64,000 nt of DNA. Source: an uncultured Bacteroidales bacterium. Its GTDB lineage: Bacteria; Bacteroidota; Bacteroidia; Bacteroidales; UBA4181. The DNA is taken from NCBI GenBank assembly GCA_964349835.1, contig CAYGID010000005.1, forward strand, positions 990 to 64,989, read 5' to 3'. Positions 41,088 through 49,669 of this stretch are shown here, in pieces; the stretch's first letter is position 1, and the number at the start of each line of letters is the position of its first letter. The notes below the pieces were generated by a model. The model saw only the letters and a list, made by a program, of their open reading frames with translations. It searched no databases and had not been told where the DNA came from. Made by a program: the position numbers and the translations under genes.

Positions 41088-41654
41088 ATGGAAACAATCG
41101 TATTTTCAGGTACTTTGAGAAAAGATGCCGGCATCAAAGCAGCTTTGAAACAGATGAGGAGCGAAAAATTAATTCCCTGTGTACTGTACGGAGGAAAGGA
41201 GAATGTGAATTTCTCGGCACCTGATACTGCGTTCCGCACGTTGTTGTACACCCCATTTTCGTATGTGGTAGACCTTACAATCGATGGAAAATCGTACAAG
41301 GCTCTCTTGAAGGACACGCAGTTTCATCCTGTTTCGGATGAGCTTCTGCATGCCGACTTCTATGAAATTAACGAAACCAAACCGATCGTAGTAAACGTCC
41401 CCCTCAAGGTGGTTGGCGTGTCGGAAGGCGTTAAGGCCGGTGGAAAGCTTGTTGTTGTTAAGAGGAAAGTGGCCGTTAAAGGGCTTTTAAACCAGATTCC
41501 TCAAGAGATTGAGGTTGATGTAACCCCTCTGGGTCTCGACAAAACCCTGCGTGCCGGCGATCTCCAGATCGAGAATGTTCAGGTTCTGGAAACTCCTGCT
41601 ACTCCTGTTATCAGTATCCGTTCTACCCGAGCCAGCAAATCGGCCGAGAAGTAG
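41088..41654 (+). CDS. rplY: 50S ribosomal protein L25 / general stress protein Ctc
   Basis: 188-aa two-domain Ctc form (IPCVLYGG, HPVSDELLHADF). Precedes pth, as in many bacteria. Confidence 0.92.
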   Translation: METIVFSGTLRKDAGIKAALKQMRSEKLIPCVLYGGKENVNFSAPDTAFRTLLYTPFSYVVDLTIDGKSYKALLKDTQFHPVSDELLHADFYEINETKPIVVNVPLKVVGVSEGVKAGGKLVVVKRKVAVKGLLNQIPQEIEVDVTPLGLDKTLRAGDLQIENVQVLETPATPVISIRSTRASKSAEK

Positions 41655-41672
41655 TAATTCCCTCACTTCGCT

Positions 41673-42251
41673 ATGAAGTATTTGATTACAGGCCTCGGGA
41701 ATATTGGGCCGGAGTATGAAAATACCCGTCATAATATAGGTTTTAACGTGTTGGATGCCTTTCAGGCATCCAATGTCGTTTTTACCCCCATGCGTTATGG
41801 TTCGGTGGCCGAAACCCGATTCAAAGGGAAAACACTGATTCTGCTGAAGCCTTCCACCTTCATGAATCTGAGCGGGAACGCGGTTCAATATTGGCTCCGA
41901 AAGGAGAACATTCCGCTCGAAAATCTGCTGGTGGTGGTCGACGACCTGGCTCTTCCTTTGGGGACACTCCGGTTGCGTCCGGGTGGTAGCCACGGGGGGC
42001 ACAACGGATTAAACCATATTGAGACCTTATTGGGCACACAAGCCTATGCTCGTCTTCGCTTTGGCATTGGGAATGGTTTCCGCAGAGGGGGCCAGATTGA
42101 TTATGTGTTAGGACGATGGTCGAAGGAGGAGAGCAATCTGCTGCCTCCGCTGATTGAGCAGTCGCGAGCCATCATTGAAAGTTTTACTACGCAGGGTTTG
42201 CAGCGCACCATGAATCTTTTCAATCAACAAAAGGCAGATCCCGAGGTATGA
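41673..42251 (+). CDS. pth: Peptidyl-tRNA hydrolase
   Basis: [18 protein letters not shown] and GGHNGL motifs. Confidence 0.96.
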   Translation: MKYLITGLGNIGPEYENTRHNIGFNVLDAFQASNVVFTPMRYGSVAETRFKGKTLILLKPSTFMNLSGNAVQYWLRKENIPLENLLVVVDDLALPLGTLRLRPGGSHGGHNGLNHIETLLGTQAYARLRFGIGNGFRRGGQIDYVLGRWSKEESNLLPPLIEQSRAIIESFTTQGLQRTMNLFNQQKADPEV

Positions 42252-42637
42252 TTGAGCGTTTAGCAGCGGTGCGTGCCGATAAGTTCTTGTGGGTTGTGAG
42301 GCTCTTTAAAACCCGAACGCTGGCTGCGGAAGCCTGCGAGAAGGGAGTTGTTCGCGTGGGCGGACAGACAGTGAAACCCTCCAGAATGTTTAAGGTGGGC
42401 GAGGTTTTTACCCTTCGGCGCCCCCCGGTGCTCTTTACCTACAAAGTGTTGGCCTTGGGTACAAGTCGGCTGCCGGCTTCGAGAGTTGCCGAGTTTCTGG
42501 CCGACCAGACCCCTCCTGAGGAGCTCGCAAAGCGGGAGATACTTGCTATAGAGGCCTTTGCTGTGCGCGATCGCGGTGCCGGAAGACCCACCAAGCGCGA
42601 GCGTCGTGATCTGGATCGATTGCATGATGAAATCTAA
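42248..42637 (+). CDS. hslR: S4-domain RNA-binding protein, Hsp15 (HslR)-like
   Basis: S4 motif [31 protein letters not shown], a basic C-terminal tail, and an ATGA overlap with pth. Confidence 0.85.
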   Translation: MIERLAAVRADKFLWVVRLFKTRTLAAEACEKGVVRVGGQTVKPSRMFKVGEVFTLRRPPVLFTYKVLALGTSRLPASRVAEFLADQTPPEELAKREILAIEAFAVRDRGAGRPTKRERRDLDRLHDEI

Positions 42638-42649
42638 GAGAAGAAGCGT

Positions 42650-43183
42650 ATGCTGATTGCCCGCGAAAAATATAATACCAACATCATTGAGTATCTGCTC
42701 TATATGTGGCAGATAGAAGATCTTATACGTGCTAAGGGGTTAGATCCGGTTCGCATTGAAAAAGAGATTGTTGCAGGCTACCGCCAATCTTCTGAAGAGA
42801 TGCAGAAGATTTCGGAGTGGTACCGTTCGCTGGCAGAACGGATGCAACACGAAGAGTTGAGCCGGCAAGGTCATCTTGTTTCTCTGAATCGGCTGGTGGA
42901 GGAGTTAAACGATTTGCACCTCAATCTGCTGAACGATTTTCATGACGCGACATATACCGAGCTATACGGATGGGCCAAAGAATCGATTAAAGCCTTAAAG
43001 CAGAAGAGCGGGCAACCTGGCATGCTGGAGGTGGAGGCCTGTTTGCAGGGTCTGTACGGATTGTTGTTGATGCGGCTGCAGAAACGAGAAGTGAGCTCCG
43101 AAACGCTTGAATCACTCTCAACTTTCAGCCATCTGTTGGCTCACCTGAATCTCCGCTATTTTTCGCTGTGCCGTAAGGCGTAG
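42650..43183 (+). CDS. DUF4924-family protein, function unknown
   Basis: 177 aa and all-helical in appearance. The N-terminus REKYNTNIIEYLLYMWQIEDLIRA matches my recollection of DUF4924. Lies 12 nt after hslR. Confidence 0.7.
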   Translation: MLIAREKYNTNIIEYLLYMWQIEDLIRAKGLDPVRIEKEIVAGYRQSSEEMQKISEWYRSLAERMQHEELSRQGHLVSLNRLVEELNDLHLNLLNDFHDATYTELYGWAKESIKALKQKSGQPGMLEVEACLQGLYGLLLMRLQKREVSSETLESLSTFSHLLAHLNLRYFSLCRKA

Positions 43184-43189
43184 CCTACG

Positions 43190-44227
43190 CTATTTCGCAG
43201 CCGGTACCTTCGGTGTATAGGGTTCACGCAATCTTTTACTGAGCAGTCGGGTTGGAATCAGATCTCTTGGATTTTTCAGATTCAACGCAAAGGTGATGTT
43301 CATGGATTGCATCCACTGGAATTTGGGCGATTTTTTGTCGATTTTTACATCGTTGTCGTAGGCCCCCATAAAGGTTACTTTGGTCGACATTACCTGGTTA
43401 ATGGGCATGTCTAAACGAACGGAGAACTCCACATCGACATTTTTTGGTTCCTCTTTGTAGTTCGAAAAGAAATCGGCCCGAAAATCGAGGTTTACATTCT
43501 GGGCCATTCTCCTTTTATAGGTTACAGTGGCTCCGCCTCCCCACTCATATCTTTTCCGAGCCCCATACTCAATCCCGTCTTCGTTTTTTTTAATCTCCAT
43601 GCCGTATCGCTTTTGCAAGGCAAGTAGGTCGGAGTTTACGAAGGTAGCCTTACCCATAAAGGGTGCGCCCAGAAGTGAGATCTGCGAGTTGGGTTTGTAG
43701 TCGAGACCAATCTTCACAAACAGATATCCGGGTACCATAAAGTCGGATACCCGTACGGTATCTTTTCCATAGGAGTAGCCGGGAGCAAACTGACTCTTCA
43801 GATTCGATGCAACCGAATAGAAGAGTTTGCGCGAGATGGCATAGTTAATTTTGGTGTTAAACTCAAATCGGTCTTCCAGTTTGGTAAAGGCGGTCTTTTT
43901 GTAGATACGCCCAAAGGCCCCCGAAAAGAGGTTTTCCCAGGTGACTCTCCGTTTCTTGTAGTTAATGTACCAGTCGAGTGAGACAGTACCGGCAGCCGAA
44001 TTCTCACCTCCTCCGGCCCAATTGTGATACGACCCTTGTGCGATACCCAGGTTGGCCGATCCGCCCTGCGTCCAGGCAATACTGTCGCCGCCGGTGTGGA
44101 GGGCTGTGACCCGCGCTTTTACGGCCGTATTGGCTGCATTCTGGATGGCAATTCTATCTTGTTGTGCCGATATAGGCAAAGTAAGAGAGAGCAATGCGGA
44201 TACAATAAGCAGAATACGGATCTTCAT
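43190..44227 (-). CDS. DUF3078-family outer-membrane beta-barrel-like protein
   Basis: Signal peptide MKIRILLIVSALLSLTLPISAQ and alternating beta-strand pattern (GSANLGIAQGSYHNWAGGGENS). ATG at 44227. Confidence 0.75.
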   Translation of the reverse strand: MKIRILLIVSALLSLTLPISAQQDRIAIQNAANTAVKARVTALHTGGDSIAWTQGGSANLGIAQGSYHNWAGGGENSAAGTVSLDWYINYKKRRVTWENLFSGAFGRIYKKTAFTKLEDRFEFNTKINYAISRKLFYSVASNLKSQFAPGYSYGKDTVRVSDFMVPGYLFVKIGLDYKPNSQISLLGAPFMGKATFVNSDLLALQKRYGMEIKKNEDGIEYGARKRYEWGGGATVTYKRRMAQNVNLDFRADFFSNYKEEPKNVDVEFSVRLDMPINQVMSTKVTFMGAYDNDVKIDKKSPKFQWMQSMNITFALNLKNPRDLIPTRLLSKRLREPYTPKVPAAK

Positions 44228-44277
44228 GTCGGGTAGGCTTAAGTAAAAAGAAAGGATCCGCAAAAACGATACCAAAA

Positions 44278-45021
44278 TCAGGCATCCATCTTCTCGACTA
44301 TCTCTTCGGTGACCTCGAGGTTATGATATACGTTCTGAATGTCATCGTCTTCCTCAAAAAGTTCTACCATACGCAACACCTTCAAGGCATCGTCAACCGG
44401 AAGGCTTTTGGTTTCGATAGGAATTCGCTGCAGTTCGGCGTTTTCGGCCTCAATGCCTAACTCTTCCAGTTTGCGCTGTACCGCGGCAAAACTTTCGACC
44501 GGGGTGGTGATGATAAAGTTTTCGTCGGTCTCCTCAAAATCATCGACACCCGCGTCGATAATCTCCATCTGGAGTTCGTCGGCATCCCGATTGCCCTTTT
44601 GCAGCGTGATAACCCCTTTGCGTTCGAACAGGAAGGCAACACAGCCGTTGGTACCCAGGCTGCCGCCTCTCTTGTTAAAGAGCGCACGCACGTTACTTAC
44701 CGTGCGCATAGTGTTGTCGGTAAGACACTCAATAAAGAGTGCAATGCCGCTGGGTGCAAATCCTTCGTAAGTCACCTCCGCCAGGGAGGTGTTGTCTTTT
44801 TCGGCCTTTGAGAGGGCTCTTACAATGTTGTCCTTGGGCATGTTGGCCCCTCGCGCGTTATTGAGGGCAAGCCGTAGGCGGGCATTTCCATCGGGATCGG
44901 AGCCACCATCCTTAACAGCAACAGTTATCTCTTTAACAATCCGGGAGAAGATCTTCGACCGCTTGGCATCGATTGCTCCCTTCTTGCGTTTAATGGTCGA
45001 CCATTTATTGTGTCCGGACAT
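44278..45021 (-). CDS. yebC: YebC/PmpR-family protein
   Basis: Invariant start MSGHNKWSTIKRKKGAIDAKR. 247 aa. Confidence 0.95.
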   Translation of the reverse strand: MSGHNKWSTIKRKKGAIDAKRSKIFSRIVKEITVAVKDGGSDPDGNARLRLALNNARGANMPKDNIVRALSKAEKDNTSLAEVTYEGFAPSGIALFIECLTDNTMRTVSNVRALFNKRGGSLGTNGCVAFLFERKGVITLQKGNRDADELQMEIIDAGVDDFEETDENFIITTPVESFAAVQRKLEELGIEAENAELQRIPIETKSLPVDDALKVLRMVELFEEDDDIQNVYHNLEVTEEIVEKMDA

Positions 45022-45033
45022 AGCGTAAGCAGA

Positions 45034-45600
45034 TTATTTCACTCTTTCGTAGTAGGTGCAATCGCGCGTATCGATTCGAATGGTTTCGCCCTGTTCAATG
45101 AAGATGGGCACATTAATTACAGCTCCCGTTTCGAGGGTGGCCTGTTTCAAGGCGGTACTCGACGAAGTATCGCCCCTCACGCCCGGTTCGGCATAGGTAA
45201 TGGTAAGCGCGATAATCGGAGGCAGTTCGCAACTGAGGGGTGATTCGGTATCTACGTGATATACAACCTCTACATATTGTCCTTCCTTGAGGAATTGGGG
45301 GGCGTTAATCAACTCCTTGCCCATGCTGATCTGCTCGAACGTTTCGTTGTGCATGAAATGGTAACCCAAGTCGTCGGAATACAAAAACTGGTAGGGCCGT
45401 CGCTCTACATTGGCTATATCTATCTTGACGCCCGAGTTAAAGGTGTTTTCGATGGTTTTTCCGGAGGTGAGGCTTTTCATTTTGGTGCGAACAAAAGCGC
45501 CTCCTTTGCCCGGTTTCACGTGTTGAAATTGCACTACGGTAAAAAGGTCGTTGTTAAACTCAATGCATAATCCGTTTTTGAGATCTGCTGTAGTTGCCAT
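45034..45600 (-). CDS. efp: Elongation factor P
   Basis: 188 aa with the tip loop HVKPGKGGAFVRTK (Lys-type). Confidence 0.96.
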   Translation of the reverse strand: MATTADLKNGLCIEFNNDLFTVVQFQHVKPGKGGAFVRTKMKSLTSGKTIENTFNSGVKIDIANVERRPYQFLYSDDLGYHFMHNETFEQISMGKELINAPQFLKEGQYVEVVYHVDTESPLSCELPPIIALTITYAEPGVRGDTSSSTALKQATLETGAVINVPIFIEQGETIRIDTRDCTYYERVK

Positions 45601-45631
45601 ATAAAAAGGGTGTTTTGTGTATGAAAGAGTG

Positions 45632-45639
45632 CAAAAGTA
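45632..45639 (-). promoter_or_regulatory. Candidate -7 promoter box for efp-yebC
   Basis: Reverse complement reads TACTTTTG, matching TAnnTTTG. About 31 nt upstream of ATG 45600. Confidence 0.5.
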
Positions 45640-45700
45640 GTAAAATCGCCATAGAATAGAAACCCCTTTCTTCTAAAAAGCCCCAAGGGCAAACCCGAAA

Positions 45701-46279
45701 TCAGAGTTCGTTGTATTCTGCCGATATATAGCCATTCATAATGGCATAGACCGTTAACCCCGATACCGTTTTAATCCCCAATTTGTGCATGATGTTTTTT
45801 CGGTGCGAAATCACCGTATGCAGGCTGATGGAGAGTTTTTCGGCTATTTGCTTGTTCATGAATCCCTGAACTATGTAGAGGAGTACCTCCACTTCGCGGG
45901 CCGACAGCTCCTCCTGTGTGCTCTCTTTCTGGGGGGCAGGATCGAGGTTCAGCAACCACTGGCAGATGCGGTCTACCAAATCGCCCGGCGCAAGTCGGGT
46001 ATCGAGGGTGTGTACAGGTCCTGTCTCGGAGGGGTAGCCGGGGGGGAGCAGAATAAGGGTTCTGCCCCGTCGCGGAAAGAAAAAGTCGTGGTAGAGGGTA
46101 AAAAATTCGGGCGAGGTGATAAAAATATGGAATGATTCAGTCTGATCGCTCTGTAGAAGGGCTGCGTTTTGAGAAAGTTCTACATGAGCCGGATTAAAAT
46201 AATCGGTGAGGATAGACTTAATACCCAAGGCTATCAGTGAATCGGCGTGAACTACCAGAACCTTTTGTTGCTGCAGCAT
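45701..46279 (-). CDS. LuxR/GerE-family transcriptional regulator with degenerate receiver-like N-domain
   Basis: C-terminal HTH LSAREVEVLLYIVQGFMNKQIAEKLSISLHTVISHRKNIMHKLG. The N-domain has receiver-like strand spacing (VLVVHADS...FHIFITSPEFF...LILLPP) but no Asp at the expected phospho-acceptor position. Confidence 0.85.
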   Translation of the reverse strand: MLQQQKVLVVHADSLIALGIKSILTDYFNPAHVELSQNAALLQSDQTESFHIFITSPEFFTLYHDFFFPRRGRTLILLPPGYPSETGPVHTLDTRLAPGDLVDRICQWLLNLDPAPQKESTQEELSAREVEVLLYIVQGFMNKQIAEKLSISLHTVISHRKNIMHKLGIKTVSGLTVYAIMNGYISAEYNEL

Positions 46280-46295
46280 AGATGAGGCGGTTTTT

Positions 46296-47009
46296 CTATT
46301 CTGTTTCTAAGATTCTGCTTACCATAGGACAGAAAATCCGCGACCGGATTCTGTTTTGCTGGCGAAGATCCTCTTCAAGGCTGTCGAGCGAAAAAACAGT
46401 GGCATGCGCCAGATTGTCGTTAAAGGTGCCAGAAATATGGCGGATCAGAATGTTTTTTAAGTCGAATAGCGCCTCTTCCAGGGCCTCCGAATCGCTCTGT
46501 CGGTCGGGGCACAAGCTCTTGGCACTCAGAGGCGGGAGCTCCACCCCCTTTTGGTTTGTTTCCCGGCAGCGTTCGAGTAATGCCGGGAAGAGAACCGAAT
46601 TTTCGGCTTCGGCTCTTTCGACCAGATGTTTTTTTACCCGGGCAAATAAAACATGCACTGCGCCGGGGGTTTTGTTTTCGGGGCCGCACGATTGCAACAA
46701 TGGTTCCAGGTGGTGTTCAATATTGGGAATCAGATATTTTACATAGTAATTGTTGGTCTTCATCAGATATTCCAGCATATCGGGAAGACGAAACGAGAGC
46801 ATCTTCTTTTCGGGAAAATAGTCTTCGTAGAGGTGTGTGTTCAGAATGGCCAGCACAAAATCTACATCCAGCCCCTTTTCGGCGCAGAGAAATTGAATGC
46901 TCTTTTCGGCTGCGCCCAGCCGGATGCCGAATCGGTTGATAACCGGGATAAGCGAGAGATTGTTTAGAATCACGTCGCTCATTTTGGCCTGAGGAAGAAG
47001 GAGTGACAT
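46296..47009 (-). CDS. ScdA_N plus hemerythrin-like (RIC/YtfE-like) domain protein
   Basis: The N-terminus MSDVILNNLSLIPVINRFGIRLG...GLDVDFVLAILN resembles the ScdA N-domain without the CC pair. KHLVERAEAENSVLFP resembles the H..EE..LFP hemerythrin motif. ATG at 46982 is an alternative start. Confidence 0.5.
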   Translation of the reverse strand: MSLLLPQAKMSDVILNNLSLIPVINRFGIRLGAAEKSIQFLCAEKGLDVDFVLAILNTHLYEDYFPEKKMLSFRLPDMLEYLMKTNNYYVKYLIPNIEHHLEPLLQSCGPENKTPGAVHVLFARVKKHLVERAEAENSVLFPALLERCRETNQKGVELPPLSAKSLCPDRQSDSEALEEALFDLKNILIRHISGTFNDNLAHATVFSLDSLEEDLRQQNRIRSRIFCPMVSRILETE

Positions 47010-47024
47010 AGAGTAGAGCCGGTT

Positions 47025-47882
47025 TTATTCAAAAATAAGTCGGGGAGGGCTTCCAAGGCATTGCAACGATGAAAGGAGCTGTTTCCGTCCTGCAAACGAT
47101 TCGGAGGCAAAGACAAGGGCTTTTCCCATAGAGTAGGTGGCAATTTCGACATGTTTGGCTTTCAGTGACGAACTGTTCAAGCGTGATAAGCCCGAAACGC
47201 TTGCTCTTAACAGCGAGGTTGTGCCGGAGAGAACGGTTTTGGCAGAGGAGCCATTCTCTACCTCAATCACTTCGGCTTCGAAACGGGCATCAATCTCGGA
47301 AGAGGCGTAGTTGTATATCTGAACCCTATGAGCCAGAACCGGCATAGAACTGATCATCTTTGATGAGCTGCCCAGATTAAACAGTACATCTTCGGCAGTG
47401 ATCACCTCGCCTGCCTGGAATATGGCTCCCGACATCAGCTCAACTAAGAGCTTTTGCGTGGCGAAGGGGGAGGCAATCCGAACCAGTGCCTTCTGCCGTG
47501 CCTTGATGACATTCAGATGGCTTGTGGCCGTAATATAGACCCGCATCACCGTTGGATATGCGCTTTTTTTGGCGTTCGAAATCTCCAGTACGCCATTGGT
47601 TATAGGGGTTAGAATATAGGGAATGAGCCCCAGCGCTGATTCCACTTTGACCGAGGGTGCAGTTCCCTGTTCGATAATTACTTCGAAGGGGCCGTTCACG
47701 GTGATAGAGTGGAAATTTACCACATTTCTTTTTTCGGAGATAATAGCCTTGTCGTAATCGGCCATTGTCTTTGCCTTTCGGGTGGAGGCAATTTTCATGG
47801 CCTCTTCCGACAGACCGGTTTGTGCCTGTAACGTTCCGGCAGCAAGCCATAACGAAAGCAACAGATAAAAGCGATTCTTCAT
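47025..47882 (-). CDS. DUF2807 / head GIN-domain exported protein
   Basis: Signal peptide MKNRFYLLLSLWLAAGTLQAQ. FHSITVNGPFEVIIEQGTAPSVKVE...NGVLEIS and later repeats fit the GIN-domain beta-helix pattern. Confidence 0.75.
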   Translation of the reverse strand: MKNRFYLLLSLWLAAGTLQAQTGLSEEAMKIASTRKAKTMADYDKAIISEKRNVVNFHSITVNGPFEVIIEQGTAPSVKVESALGLIPYILTPITNGVLEISNAKKSAYPTVMRVYITATSHLNVIKARQKALVRIASPFATQKLLVELMSGAIFQAGEVITAEDVLFNLGSSSKMISSMPVLAHRVQIYNYASSEIDARFEAEVIEVENGSSAKTVLSGTTSLLRASVSGLSRLNSSSLKAKHVEIATYSMGKALVFASESFAGRKQLLSSLQCLGSPPRLIFE

Positions 47883-47910
47883 GCTGAGATATTTTGATGT
47901 TTATGATAAA

Positions 47911-48486
47911 TTAAGCCGGTGTGCTGATACGTTCCGATAAACGGGGCTCCGACCCCTTACTGAACACCGCAATCACATTTTTTATGGAGGGCAGCCCCAC
48001 CTCTTCGAGCCTAATCTCTTCGGGTCGCATAAAGAGGATCGAATCCACATCGTCGTCGGCTCTAAGCTTAGAGAAATCGGTTACAGTGCAAATATACACC
48101 AGATCGGTGGTAAAGTAGATAAGATTATTAAAGAGGTAGCGGTTAGGAAACGATCCAAAATAGGTGAGCGCATCAACCTCCAAATGCAGCTCCTCCCGGA
48201 TCTCTCTCACGACTGCTGTTTCGGCCGTCTCCTCGGGATTGACAAAGCCTCCGGGAAGATCGAGTGTTCCTTTTGCCGGTTCGAGGGCGCGGCGGGTTAA
48301 CAGCAACTCCCCGGCAGGGTTCACAATCAGAGCCACTACAGCCGAAGAGCCATTTATGTAAAAGAGCCGATTACAGGCAGTGCACCGATGGCAAAAGCGG
48401 CTTTTCTCGGCAAAGCCGGCCGACCCGCAAAAGGGGCAGAACTTGAATTGTTGGCTTGGATAAAACGCTTCGGAGGGATTTTGCAT
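47911..48486 (-). CDS. NUDIX hydrolase with N-terminal zinc ribbon
   Basis: CPFCGS...CHRCTACN zinc ribbon and the Nudix box GGFVNPEETAETAVVREIREELHLEV. Confidence 0.88.
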   Translation of the reverse strand: MQNPSEAFYPSQQFKFCPFCGSAGFAEKSRFCHRCTACNRLFYINGSSAVVALIVNPAGELLLTRRALEPAKGTLDLPGGFVNPEETAETAVVREIREELHLEVDALTYFGSFPNRYLFNNLIYFTTDLVYICTVTDFSKLRADDDVDSILFMRPEEIRLEEVGLPSIKNVIAVFSKGSEPRLSERISTPA

Positions 48487-48498
48487 GGATGGCTCAGA

Positions 48499-49542
48499 TT
48501 AAGCGTAGTAACGGCCGAACCACTTCACAAACCGTGCCACACCTTCGTTTACAGAGATTGCAGGCCGATAACCCAGCTGTGCCGTGGTTTCCGAAATGTC
48601 GGAACAGGTTCGGAGTACATCGCCCGGCTGAAGGGGCAGAAACTGGCAGAGAGCCTTGGCTCCCAGCTCTTTTTCGAGCGCATGGATAAAATCCATCAGC
48701 TGCACCGGATGGGCATTCCCCAGATTGTAAATGCGGTAGGGCGCGCTCGAACTGGCCGGATCGGGATCCTCGCTGTTCCACATGGGGTTTGGGGTGGCCG
48801 GATGGTCGATTGCCAGCAGAACCCCCGAAATAATGTCGTCTATATAGGTAAAGTCGCGAACCATCTCGCCGTTATTAAACACCTTAATGGGTTTTCCTTC
48901 AGAAATGGCATGTGCAAAGAGGCTGGGTGCCATATCGGGTCGGCCCCAGGGGCCGTAAACGGTAAAAAAGCGCAGACCCGTGGTGGGGATTCCAAAGAGA
49001 TGACTATAGGTGTGAGCCATCAGTTCGTTGCTTTTTTTGGTAGCCGCGTAGAGGCTGGCGGGGTGGTCGACACCTTGCGAAACCGAGAAGGAGGGTTGCC
49101 GGTGAATACCGTACACGCTGCTCGAACTGGCGTACACCAGATGGTTGGGGCGGAAGTAACGGCAGGCCTCCAAGAGGTTTCCAAAGCCCACCAGGTTGCT
49201 TTGGATGTAGGCTCCGGGATTCTCGAGCGAGTAACGTACCCCCGCCTGAGCAGCCAGGTGACATACTGCGTTGAACTGCTCCGAAGCAAAGAGTTGCATA
49301 AGCGCTTCGCTATTTTCCAGATCGGACCAGAGAAAACGAAACCGGGCCACTCCGGTAGTCATTTGTCCCTTCGACAGGGTTTCGGCTGCGATCCCGAGCT
49401 CTTGTAATCGGCTGTATTTGAGTGAAACAGGGTAGTAATGGTTCAGGTTATCGAATCCCACCACCTCGTCGCCTCTTTGCAGAAGGGCTTTTACAAGGTG
49501 AAATCCGATGAAGCCTGCAGCACCGGTAACCAGTATCTTCAT
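48499..49542 (-). CDS. NAD-dependent sugar-nucleotide epimerase (UDP-glucuronate 4-epimerase-like, SDR family)
   Basis: MKILVTGAAGFIG Rossmann start and the catalytic YAATKKSNE. ATG at 49542 is used because the track extension to 49590 runs into a -7 box. Confidence 0.9.
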   Translation of the reverse strand: MKILVTGAAGFIGFHLVKALLQRGDEVVGFDNLNHYYPVSLKYSRLQELGIAAETLSKGQMTTGVARFRFLWSDLENSEALMQLFASEQFNAVCHLAAQAGVRYSLENPGAYIQSNLVGFGNLLEACRYFRPNHLVYASSSSVYGIHRQPSFSVSQGVDHPASLYAATKKSNELMAHTYSHLFGIPTTGLRFFTVYGPWGRPDMAPSLFAHAISEGKPIKVFNNGEMVRDFTYIDDIISGVLLAIDHPATPNPMWNSEDPDPASSSAPYRIYNLGNAHPVQLMDFIHALEKELGAKALCQFLPLQPGDVLRTCSDISETTAQLGYRPAISVNEGVARFVKWFGRYYA

Positions 49543-49587
49543 AACAAATCGAAAAGAGATTGAGGGGCGGTAATGCCCTCTGCTTCG

Positions 49588-49595
49588 CAAAGGTA
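49588..49595 (-). promoter_or_regulatory. Candidate -7 promoter box for the epimerase-to-LuxR gene string
   Basis: Reverse complement reads TACCTTTG, matching TAnnTTTG. About 45 nt upstream of ATG 49542. Confidence 0.45.
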
Positions 49596-49640
49596 AAGAA
49601 ATGGCGTGGCTAATTGCTATTAAAGCCCGACCCTTTTTAC

Positions 49641-49648
49641 TACCTTTG
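49641..49648 (+). promoter_or_regulatory. Candidate -7 promoter box for the 564-aa lipoprotein gene
   Basis: TACCTTTG matches TAnnTTTG. About 21 nt upstream of ATG 49670. Confidence 0.45.
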
Positions 49649-49669
49649 ACTTAATTAAAAAATGGGTTC

